Assembly: GCA_009914755.4 (NCBI GenBank)
Contig: CP068257.2
Coordinates: 20,576,001-20,640,000 of the forward strand
Direction of reading: 5' to 3'
DNA from: the human T2T-CHM13v2.0 reference genome, Homo sapiens
DNA: 64,000 nt
This document shows positions 14,165 through 25,669 of this stretch, in pieces. Every line of letters begins with the position of its first letter. Within the stretch, counting starts at the first letter, position 1. The translations under genes and the position numbers were made by a program. Below the pieces are notes generated by a model, which was not told the origin of the DNA, ran no database searches, and saw only the letters and a list, made by a program, of their open reading frames with translations.

Positions 14165-14960
14165 CATTTTAATTTTAATAAAGTCCAGTTTATCAAGTTT
14201 TTTTTCATGTATTCCATCTTTAGTATTGTTTCTACAAAGTCATCATTATACCCAAGATCATTTAGGTTTTTTCCTGGGTTATCTTCTAGAAGTTTTGTAG
14301 TTTTGCATTTTCGTTAGGTCTGTAATCCAGTTTTATGTAACTTTTCTGAGGGGTGTAAGATCTATCTACATTTATATTTTTGTATGTAGATGTCCAGTTG
14401 TTCCAGCACCACTCGTTGAAAAAATTATTGTTGCTTCTTTCTATTGCCTTTGCTCTTTTTTCAAAGACAAGTGGACTATATTTATGTGGACCTATTTCTG
14501 AGCTCTCTATTCTGATCTATTGATCTGTTTTTTTTAATTCTTTGCCAATGGCACACTATATTACTGTAGCTTTATAGCAAGACTTGAGATTGAGCAGTGT
14601 CAGTCCTCTGACTTTGTTATTCTCCTTCAACATTTTGCTGTTTTGGATCTTTTGCCTCTCCGTATAAACTTTAGAATCTTTAGAAACTTTAATGATATCC
14701 ATAAAATAACTTGCTAGAATTTTAAATGGGATTTCATTGAGTCCATAGATCAATTGCAAAGAACTGATATGTTGACAATATTATCTTTCTATCCATAAAC
14801 ATGGATAATTTAGTTATTTGATTTTTTTAATCTGAATCTTGTGGTTTTTCTTCATATAGAGTCTGTAAAAATTTTGTTAGATTTATATCTAATATTTCAT
14901 TTTTGGGGTGCCAATTTTAAATATTATGTTTTTATCTTCTACATGTTTGTTACTGGTAAT
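14165..14960 (-). mobile_element. Ancient L1 (L1M-type) ORF2 C-terminal fragment, antisense
   Basis: 'tccagttgttccagcaccactcgttgaaaaaattattgttgcttc...gatctattgatctgtttttt...ccaatggcacactatattactgtagctttatagcaagacttgagattgagcagtgtcagtcctctgactttgtt...aatgggatttcattgagtccatagatcaattgcaaagaactgatatgttgacaatatta' matches the antisense L1M ORF2 3' region. Confidence 0.75.
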
Positions 14961-17900
14961 TATTATATTTTAAAGTTATATTGAGGAGATAATTGATATT
15001 AAACCTTTATAAATTAGACATACTCTCAATTTCATATAAATTTTCATGCTTTACATGTTGTTCAGAGTATTTAGCACAAATAATCTACTAAAAATAGAAA
15101 CAGTAGCAGTAATATTAACAATTAAAGTGAATAAAGTTAAAGTAGAATAAGGAGAAATAAAAAACTTGACCTATAACCAATAACAAGGTTATAGAATTAG
15201 TTCTCAAAATTCTTCCCAGAAGGAAAAGCCTAGTTCCAGATGGCTTCATCAAGAAAGGAAAATGTTAAGAACTGAAATGTAATCTCTAATTCTCCCTCAG
15301 TGTGGAATACATAAGATTGTACTAGATATAGACTAATGTTCTTGATGAGATTGTTTAGTGAATGCTGTTCAAAGGATGTATCTGTCAAACATCTTGTCTG
15401 TGCTGTTGAAATGTTTTTTTACTTATCTATACTTGTTAAAATGCAGCAAAGGAATGAAACTAGTCTGACACTTCAAAGAGTGTTACATGCTTATCGAAGA
15501 GTGAAAGTGGAAAGAATGCAGAAATGAAAGTTTCTTTCTGAGTTGAGGTGGTTCCCAGTCAGCACTGATTACTGTAAAAAAGCACATTCCTGTGAAGTGT
15601 GATTAAAGATATCACTATTTATGCTTGGGAGTCGCAAAAGCCTCACTATATTCTTTCTTAAAACTAATGTACCGTGCTTCTCAGCATGATTTATAGTTTC
15701 TCATGGCTTAGGCTATCAAGCAGAGCTAACTAATTAATTTGTTGATGACACATATGCCAAAGATTTATATTAAACCGAAAAAATTGTTTGAACTAAATTT
15801 TTATGGGTAACTTAAATAAAGAAGAAATACCCTACAAATTAAAATGAAGCCAGTATAACTGTTATAATAAAACCTAACAGAGGCACAGTAGTAATTGAAA
15901 ACTTAAAAACAATTTCCCTGAAGACCATAAATAAAAATATTTTATATAAAACGTTAGCAAATCAAGTAGATATAAGTATGTGTGTGTGTGTGAAAATACA
16001 AACAAAAAAGTTAGATTTATTACAGGAATGTGAGGTTGATTTAATATTAGAAATATCGATTAATTTACCACATTATTTCTGCAAAGAGAAACATTTGATC
16101 GTCTCAATTGAAATGGAAATAATAATAATATATGAAACTTTTAAGCTACGTTAATAGTAGTTTAATTCATTTGGATTGATTGTTCTGCTGAAGGAAAAAC
16201 AGAAAGATCAAAACAATATTTTAAAAAATCAAAGTGAGGAATAATCTAGAAAAACTGAGGAAACAACAGAAGGCAGGTGACTCTGAATTGTTTCCACCGT
16301 GATGTATTTGGTGATCTGGTGTAGGTATCTGAGAGACTGAACTAAGCTGTAATGGACTAATTTGGAGATGGTAAAACAGGAACTGAAATTCGGTGTCAGC
16401 CATACTTGGAAACCCTGGCTAATCATCTCTCTTCTGGGCTAGACCCACATGAGCTAAATCTCTTTAAATAATTTTATTCTTATAAACGTAAATAAAGAGC
16501 TCCACATGCAGCGAACTTGAAGAGCTTAATGAATTAAGGTTGAATTCCAGTGATTGCCAGCCATTCAGTCCCTGATGAAACCCACCCAGCTCCAGATGCA
16601 GAACACAACAGCACTAGACATAATAGTGTTGACTTTTTCTCAGCACGTCCTCTAGAGCACCTAGAAACAATGGCCCTTGATTCTGGACTGCTAACATCCA
16701 CAGTGTCTAGTAGGAGAAAAGGAAAATCTGTGGAGTAAGAAAATGACATCTTAGGTATCAAATTACTTACATAAGTAATTATTTTAATACAACATGGTGA
16801 GCATAATCTAAGACAAACAGCAAATAAGAAGATAAAACTATGTAAGTCATAATGAGCAGAACAAGTTAAAGACAGAAATATACCCTCAAAATTTTAGTTA
16901 AAAAATTATCAGGTGCTGTCTGTATGATACATTATTATAGTTTATCAGCTATTGCTTGGAAAACCTAAACTTTTCTCTTTTTTATCGGTACATTTGTTTT
17001 GGAGAGAATTTTATTTTCTCCTACCAAGTCTTGGGATAATCAACCAATTTAAGAAGAGCTCAAATTTTATGAATAAAAGTAAATGATACCCAAATCATTT
17101 ATAATAACACTGCAGAAAATCAAAGACAGATACATCGTTTTAAAAGTCTGGGTTAGGGTAGGAGGAAAGGTAGATCAGCTCCAATGAGGTAATATTCTGA
17201 TAACTGAGTTTTCAGTAGAAGCAGAAAAAAAAAAGCTCTATGTCAGTTAGTTGCATGTATGGAAAGACAAGACAGTAACTTGTATTCCAAGACAAGTTTA
17301 GCCCAAAGCTGCCTCTTTACATATTTAAGTTCAGCCTGAAGGTTTTTCTGTACATTGTGAAATATAACAAGTGGAAGTGTAAACTGACCCTAGCCTGCAC
17401 CTGTGCCAATCACTGAGTTTTGGCCAGTGAAATGTAGCCAACTGTTTGAACTGTGTTCAAATAAGGCACACACTGAGCTGTAACCAATCCAGTTGTTTCT
17501 ATATCTCACTTCTGATTTCTGTACTCGCTTCTCTCTCTCTCTTTTTTTTCTTTGTCTAGAAGTCTTCCACCACATGGCTTTGCTGGAGTCTCTCTGAATC
17601 TGCTGTGATTCTGGGGGCTGCACAATTCGTAAATCGTTCATTGCTTAATTAAACTTTAAATTTAATTAGGCTGAAGTTTTTCTTTAAACATCTCCATCTA
17701 GTAATAAAAAATTTCTTTCAAGAATTAGAACTTATAAAGATTTTTTAGATGAACCACCAAATTATAATCACTACCAAAAGATAAATAATGCAAGAAATGT
17801 CAAGCCTGTTACACTAATAAAAGTAAAGTAATTCTAGATAGGACCTTGAATTGCAACAAGTTATGAAGATTGAATAAATACATGAGCAGGTTTGAAAATC

Positions 17901-19987
17901 AAGTAAATATGTAGGTTAATATAAATGAATATTCATGGTGTCAAACAGAAACGTTTTAGGGGATTTAAAATACAAATATATTGAATTAAAACATCTGACA
18001 TGACTATAAATTGGAAGGGTAGAAATGGAGTTAAAGTCTTTTAAATTACTTGCTCTTTTGAAAAGGAAGGTCAAGATAAGACAAAAAAACTTTATTAAGT
18101 CAGAGGTTCATGTTTTAATTTCTTGAGTGAAGAAGGTTCAAAAAAAATGTAAACATCTTAGTTGATGGAACAAGGAAAGCTTCACTTGAGATTTTTTAAA
18201 AAGAAAATGGTGTCTTCCCTCCTTACTTCTATTCAACCTGACACCAGATGACCTAATCAGATCAGGACAGTGAGAATATGAAATACACTACAATAATGAA
18301 CTGGGAAAACAAAAAAGAAATACACTGCTACTAGTGCTGATACCAAGTTTGCTGCTTAAATTTTCCAATCTTAGTAATCAGACTGTGTTCAATAGTGTAC
18401 ATGTTCTTAGCAGTTTTTTTTTAAATATCTGGATGTTGCAGGCTAGTAGTTATGGGGATAGCTAGGGTGAGGGCTGATGTCTGTGTCCACTGGAGGGTTA
18501 AATTTTAGAATTTGGCTTATTTCCATTGGTTTCTGTCTTAAATAGGATGGATATTCTTTTGTGAAGTTTTTTCCTAGGAGATTTTGTTGCTATCTCAGTG
18601 TCAAAGATTGTTAAACTATGACCAGCTGCCTGAAATACCCTTACAGGAATTTTACAAGGCTTGAAATAAAGAAAACTGAAGCCAAATTTTCAATAAGTCT
18701 TTTACACTTAATTATTGAGACAACTGACATAGTTAAAGAGGACAAAAGAAATATTAAGCACTCAGAAACCTTAATGTTGAAATAATTTATTTTTATAAGA
18801 CCTACATGTCTGTAGAATAGATAAACTGTGGACAAAACCTTCTCAAGCAAAGTACATTGAAACAGAGAGCATTACTGTTTTGATGAAATATTCCTTATCA
18901 GAAAAATGTCACAGTTCCTTGAATAAGGCTGTATTGTTAAAGTGAAAGGAAGTCCTTTCTATTGAAAACACCCACACTCTCTGGTTTAATGGCTACTTGA
19001 CCACTATACATAATGCAAAAACATCAGTATGGATCTATTAAGAATAGGGCCCTTTATAATTCAGTCATATTAAATAGAGAAATTAGAACTGAAATAATGC
19101 TGGAAGGAAGTAAGAAGACATAGGTTGAGTCCTAATTCTCCTGTTTAGGATTTACGTACTTTCAATTCCTTACTCTAAGTTTAGGGATAACAATTCTTCA
19201 GTTGCCTTCATGTGTAATAATTATACCAATAAAAACTAATACAGGTCAATTTTTAAAGTTTATTGAATCCCTGCATAAAAAACTCTTGTCACCTGGAATT
19301 ACAGAACTTTTTTATTTTTTTTTGTTTTTATTCAGTCCAAAGCATATATTAGGGGAACTTAGATAGACAGGGGTCTTTAGCCTCCTTGTGATGAAGAGTG
19401 AGAAAAGAGATGTTCCATCCAGGTATGTCCCTAATGGGCTAGCTAGGTTATATGAGGGTTGCAGGAATTTGGCTCAGGGGTCATGGATAATTTCTATGAG
19501 CTTCAAGCAACAATCTCAAAAGCTTTATCAGTGCCTGGAAATGTTTAAGACCCCATCTTGGGTTCAAGTCTGCAGGGGGAAATATGCTGCTGTCCAGGTT
19601 ACAGAGTGGTCAGGGCACTCTGTTTCTTGGTCAGGTTTTACAATAAAACTTAAATGACACAAAATAATATAATTGGTCAAATTGAGAATTTTATTTCAAA
19701 TTCATTTTCTTTCCTGCAATAACGTAGCAATAGTCTTACCATGGTTGTAACAATAAATTAATATATTTTAATAATGTTAGGCAGCATTATTTTGGCAGCA
19801 AAATTGTGATTATCAATGAATAACTCTAATACCTGATGTCATAATATAAATACACATATATGCCATATATAACTACACATATAATATACATTAAACTTAT
19901 AGTATATATAATTTTATATTTAACATAATGGACATACAGTTAACATTATATACAATTAAATTATTTTATTCAGAGAAAGTTATCTGA

Positions 19988-20055
19988 TGAGCAATATATG
20001 ATCCATCGATCGATCCATCATCCATCCGTCCATCCATCCATCCATCCATCCATGC
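19988..20055. repeat. (CCAT)n/(TCCA)n microsatellite
   Basis: 'atccatcgatcgatccatcatccatccgtccatccatccatccatccatccatg'. Confidence 0.95.
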
Positions 20056-23000
20056 ATTATTCCAAACTGATGATTAATTTTTAAAAAGTCATTTATTGGG
20101 AATTTAGACAGGGGAAAGTAATTAAAGGAAAAAGAAGTTCTGCTTTGGCATTGCAGTAATTTATAAATTCTAAAAGAACATTTTTCTTAAAAACATTTAA
20201 CGTGCTGAACAAAATGCAACACATAATGTATTAAATGTATTGCTAATCTAAGCTTACAAAAATGAATTTTCAAAGACAAAAACAAGGAAAGAACAAAATG
20301 AAGGTCATATGCATGAGCTAAAACTGGTCATTACCAGAAGGGGATTGACAATACTAGAGTTTACAGCAGCCTAAAGTATGAGAAACAAGATTGTGTTCCC
20401 ATAAGTTAGGAGAAACTAAAGACATATTATGAAGGGGCAGTGCAGGGGGCTTAAAGAGATACACTCACAGTAAAATGATAGGAAATATACCTGTCAGAGT
20501 CTTAGCTCAAAGTTGAAAACTGTCTTCGGTAAGAATTTGTAATGTTAACTGTACACTTATGGACACTTGGTTTAGATTCACACTGCCTATTGACTGGGGA
20601 CAATCTCAAACCAATTACTTAAGTTAAATTGATTTCCAGTGGGAAACATCCTGGAAGTACGTGGAAGAAGCAAGTTACAAATTAAGGCCAAACAAATGTA
20701 AGTTCAACATTTAAAAATGGTTAAATATAAGAAATAAAGATAAATGAGTAATTTCATAAATTAGGCCTCTCAGAAATTCAGATATGGAATTTATCCAACA
20801 TAATACAATGTGACTATTATTAAATGACTATTAAAGTTGAAATACAGAATTGAAAATAAGAGCCATAAGCATTATACTGTGAAACATTGTTAGGAAAAAA
20901 GAAATGAGCCTGGCTGCCTATTATGATACTTCAAAAAATGTAAGATAGATAGATAATAGTGATAAATAGGTAGAATTATATATATAGAATGATATAGGTA
21001 TAGAGAGATTACATAGTGATATGAGAAAGAGAGATAAATTAAAATCTCAAATGATAGTTTGAACCACAAAGTAGCCAACAAAGAATTAATACAGAGGGAA
21101 AATAAGTAATAACTACAAAAATTAGAATATAATAGTTTATATTAGTAGTAGATTTATATTATATAGCACAAAAAATATAGCACAAAATATAGCACAAAAA
21201 AAATGACAGAAAAGAGATTGAAGAAAAATAGGACAAATTAAGAGGCATTGAGGACACAATAAAATTGTCTTCATAACATACACCAAATTGGCAGTCAGAA
21301 AATAGAAAACAGGAAAAACAGTGAAGCTTTAATACTGAAAGAAGAAAAGAGACAGGAGAAAAAGGGAAACCTTGTCTTTTCAAAGATTCTGAATGAAGTT
21401 TAAAAACAATTAATTAAATGAAATTTGCTCTGAGACACATCGTAATTAAATTTTTGGGGGGAGGGCTTGTGTGAAAAGAGAGAAAAGAAAGATGACTTAC
21501 CATTTCAAAAATTAAAAAGTATAAAAATGATTCTATATATATTACTTACGGATATCAATAGATAGGTATAGTGCTTTGGCTTCACACTAACCCAGTGAAG
21601 GACTAAATGTTATTTTCCCAGTTACCAGTGAGTAAATTTATACCAAAAGAGTTTCTAAAATGTATCCTTAGTTATGTTAATTACTGTCCCAGCTGAGCTT
21701 TGAACTCATGCATTGAAATCTGAGAGCAAAAAGCTAGCATTAGAAGGCTTTTCTGTTGGCACTACTCTAGCTCATCCCTCATGAACTTTTCTGTAGGAGG
21801 ACAGGCAATTTGACAGTCCTAGTGCATTAGGTGGTACAATCTAGTATGATTCTGAATGAAGTAAGCATCACAAGGATGCTAAAGTCCTTCCTCTATGTAA
21901 CTTCCCCTAATAAATGCTTTGAACTAATACCAACAAACCAACAAAACAAAACACACCTCTGTAATTCCAGATTACAACAGTTCATACTTTTTACATATTT
22001 TTATACAGGGATTCAATGAATCCCTTTTAAGGCATGCCAAAGGAAAATGCTTACTAAGATTTACTTATTCTTGTATAAGTAGAGGTTGGGGAAAGGAACA
22101 TAATAAAATACAGTAAGGTGATAATAGAACATCACAAAGTATTTAATTGCATCACGTACATTAATGATATCACATTATTACTGAATTTATTTTAATTCTA
22201 AATGTTTTAAAAATTTGAGACAAAAAATTGCCTCTTGCTCTACAGTAGAGAGATTGTATCTCATTTTTTTTGTACCCCATCTAAAAATTTAAATTGTTAT
22301 AATCTTTACACTACACATAAAAAATTTTATATCACTGAGTATTACTTAACGTAGCAAGTCTAGTCCTAAATTTTTACACCAAACAAGGCAAAACACCAAA
22401 TCATTAATGAAAAATAGGAAATATTTAAAGGTTATTTTGTATATTATTTTAAAATAAGTGTATTGTATGCAGTAACCCAACATCAGAAAATTTGAAGAAA
22501 ATGTGCATAGATTTGGCTAAAATATATGTGAGTAATTTAATAAACCATGCATATTTCAAAAAAGGACATTGATTAAAAGGCAATATAGTGCCAGAAAACA
22601 AAAATCTGAAAATTTATATGCCACAGCAGCATTAATAACCATAACATAAATAAGGAAAATATTTAAAAAATTCTAATAAAATTAGACAAAAAATATGATT
22701 AAAAATGCCAAATTTTCAATATCTTAAAATGTCTAATAATAGTCGTTATTGTTTATATTTAATAATTCCAAAAATATTATTTTTCAATGATAGTCTTTTA
22801 CATAGAAAACAGATTACAAAATGGCAACTCTATTATGATACTTAAAAAAAATTATCTTATGTGTGTATTTGTGGCTCTATGTGGCGGCAGAACCAAATAT
22901 GCATGTACATTACCTGTCTGTCCTTAAGAAAACATTCAGAAGGATAAACCTCAAATAATAGTTATGTCATCTGTGTGTGGTTTCATGTCTATTTACTGCT

Positions 23001-23237
23001 AGTTAAGAAATGCTTCAGAGAGGGAACAAAAGGCAAACAGATGTATAACTTGCCCAAAGATACAGCATAAGTTATTAGCATGGAGCTGGAATTAAAAGCC
23101 AGATTTTCTTGATGTAGTTCCAAAGCCTATTTACCATTATGTTTAGCAATAACAGGAAGTAAAATGACTATAAAACTGGTCTGCAACGTAAGCATATGAA
23201 ATAATTAATATCACAAAATTCCTAAAATAAGACAGAA

Positions 23238-23310
23238 GCATTTTGCTATTTCAGAATAGTGGCATCAACTTGAAGCATTTTGATACTTCAGAATAGTGGC
23301 ATCGGCTTAC
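23238..23310. repeat. ~37-bp tandem duplication
   Basis: 'gcattttgctatttcagaatagtggcatcaacttgaa' followed directly by 'gcattttgatacttcagaatagtggcatcggcttaca'. Confidence 0.8.
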
Positions 23311-24572
23311 AAAAGATATAGAAAAATAAAATTTACAGAAAGCAAACCAAAAACAAAATTGTCTTGAGATTTATAGTTACCAACTTTTACAATTAGTCTT
23401 CATCAGCTATTCACTATATTTGTGATGCAAATTTTCCTATATGCCATATGTGTATTGGCCAGATGAATAGTGATTAAGATTTAGAAAAGAATTTAACAAT
23501 ATTTATGCTAATCTCTCAACAATGTAATTGGAAAAGACTTGTTTAATTATAAAACTTATGGAAGTAAAACATCCATCTGTGCAATCATATTTGTAGTTTT
23601 TGAAGTAAATCAGATACTTTTCAACTATAACCACAAAGGGTCAGGTAAGTAAGAAGAAATAATACAAGGCAATTTTTAAAATGAAATGCATAGAAATATT
23701 TATATAAAAAATGATCACTTATATCAGGTGCTATATTAACATTTTAAAGATCTAAATTCATATTATACCAATAAAAAAGAAGACATAAAATCAATTTATG
23801 TCTCCTATGAAAATACTGTAGTCATTAACATTATAATGGCTTACTTTATCAACACTCTTATTACCAAAATAAGTGCATTGAGTAACCTCTGATTTTTAAA
23901 ATCAATAAAATAGTTAAATTATTTAGTGGTTATTTATATTTAAAAGTGACTTAGAGAAAAAACAATTATGTCAAGTCCTCACAGGGCAATGTGTAATAGT
24001 AGAAATGTGTTTCACTTTATGAAACAGTCATGTTCATAATAGACTATGTGGATATAAACCTCCTGAAAACATTACATCACATTAGGGAATTTACACTATA
24101 AATGAGTCTGAATTATTTTCCAAAGTGAAGAATTATTTCATTATGAATATCAAAATATGCACCTCATTGATTAATTCATATTTTATTATTTCAGATTTCT
24201 CAATGTCCTGAGACTATTTCTTTGAATGATTGTTGCCTTATTAACATAATTCCCTGATCTTAAACACATAACATAACTTTGTGTGTATTGCCAATTGCAC
24301 CAGCAGATGTTTATGTTCTAACAATTTATTGTAATGCTATCGTGAAATCTAAAATTTTTTGTGGAATTTTTAAACAATGACAAAATATCATGACCAACTA
24401 ATTTAAATGGTGATGCTTACTACATAGTTATTATGTCAACACGAACCTGCTGGCATTAGATACTCACTCTCTCCATTGAGGTAAAAATCTCAATAATAGT
24501 CCATAATTAAAGAAAAATGTTATTAGTCCTATACAAGTTTGAGCATTTACCATAGGGAGAACTGCAGCAAAG

Positions 24573-24712
24573 AGGGAAGGAAGGGAGGAAGGAAGGAAGG
24601 AAGGAAGGAAGGAAGGAAGGAAGGAAGGAAGGAAGGAAGGAAAAGAAGGAAGGAAGAAAGGAAGGAAGGAAGGAAAAAAGGAAGGAGGGAGGGAGGGAAG
24701 GAAAGAAAGAAA
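24573..24712. repeat. (GGAA)n microsatellite, ~35 units with a few AGGA/GGGA/AAGA variants
   Basis: Direct reading: 'agggaaggaagggaggaaggaaggaagg...' for ~140 bp. ORF 24539-24754 ('GRKEGRKE...') is its translation artefact. Confidence 0.97.
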
Positions 24713-24760
24713 AGCTTAAACTCTAATTCTTCAACTTATACTGACTTCAATTAATCCTAC

Positions 24761-25128
24761 TGATATGATCTGAGTTTGTCCCCCTACATTTATGTGTTGG
24801 AAACTTAATCCCCAAAGGAACAGTGTTAGAGGATGGGGGCTAATGGGATGAACTTAGGTTATGAGGGTTCTGACCTCCTGCATGGATTCATGCTGCTATG
24901 AACAGGGTTGGTGAGAGTGCCTTCTCTCTCTTTTGCTTTTCTGTCATGTGGGGACTCAGTACTTGTCCTCTTTTGTCCTTCGCCTTCTGCCACGTGAGGA
25001 CACAGTAAGAAGGCCCACAACAGATGCTGGTGTCTTGATCTTGCCAGCCTCTAGAACTGCGAGAGAATAAATCTTAATAAATTACCCAGTATTTAATATT
25101 CTGTTATGGCAGCACAAACAGACTAAGG
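24761..25128 (+). mobile_element. MaLR solo LTR (MST-type), plus orientation
   Basis: '...tgagggttctgacctcctgcatggattcatgc...ccttcgccttctgccacgtgaggacacagtaagaaggcccacaacagatgctggtgtcttgatcttgccagcctctagaactgcgagagaataaatc...taaattacccagtatttaatattctgttatggcagcacaaacagactaag' matches the MST consensus 3' half. Confidence 0.7.
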
Positions 25129-25320
25129 AACCTGGCAAGTGAAGAGAGTTGACAAATTATCTGGTTCAAGCCTCTAATTTTGCAATTGAGGACATTGATA
25201 TGAAGTATGGAAAGTATCTAAGATCATTCAGCCACCTAGTAGAAAATGTTTTAGAATTGACTTCACTACTGTACTCTCCACTGTAACCTATCAATACAAA
25301 CTACATTGTCTTCCTCCAAA

Positions 25321-25664
25321 ATGTATACGTTGAAGTCATAACCCCTAATATGACTATATTTGGAGACAGAGTCTTTAAGAAATAAAGTTAAATGAGATTT
25401 GAAGCATGGGGCCTAATTAAATGTGACTGATGTCTTTATAAGAAGGGAAAGAGACATCAGGGATTTTGAGCACAGAAAAAAAAATGTTATGTGAGGACAC
25501 AGTGAGAAAACAGCCATCAGCAAGCTAGGGAGAGAAACCTCAGGAGAAACCAAATCTGCTGACATCTGAATCTTGGACTTTGAGTCTCCAAAACTTTGAG
25601 AAGTAATTTTTGTTTGTTTGTTTTAAAACACCCAGTCTGTGATATTTTGTTACCATAAACCTAG
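25321..25664 (+). mobile_element. MaLR solo LTR (MLT1-like), plus orientation
   Basis: 'aatatgactatatttggagacagagtctttaagaaataaagttaaatgag...aattaaatgtgactgatgtctttataagaagg...atgtgaggacacagtgagaaaacagccatcagcaagctagggagagaaacctcag...ctgacatctgaatcttggactttgagtctccaaaactttgagaagtaattttt...aacacccagtctgtgatattttgttaccataaac'. Confidence 0.65.
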
Positions 25665-25669
25665 TGATA

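Noticed and set aside
24539-24754. ORF with 'GRKEGRKEGRKE' repeats
   Set aside because: Frame-translation of the (GGAA)n microsatellite
24761-25664. The two LTRs at 24.76-25.66 kb read as the 5' LTR of the ERVL provirus
   Set aside because: They are MaLR-type (the 3' ends read 'taaattacccagtatttaatattctgttatggcagcacaaacagactaagg' and 'aacacccagtctgtgatattttgttaccataaac', the THE1/MST/MLT1 hallmark). The provirus 3' LTR is MLT2-type ('tgtgatggttaatttt...'), a different family. They are more likely independent solo LTRs, and the ERVL is 5'-truncated
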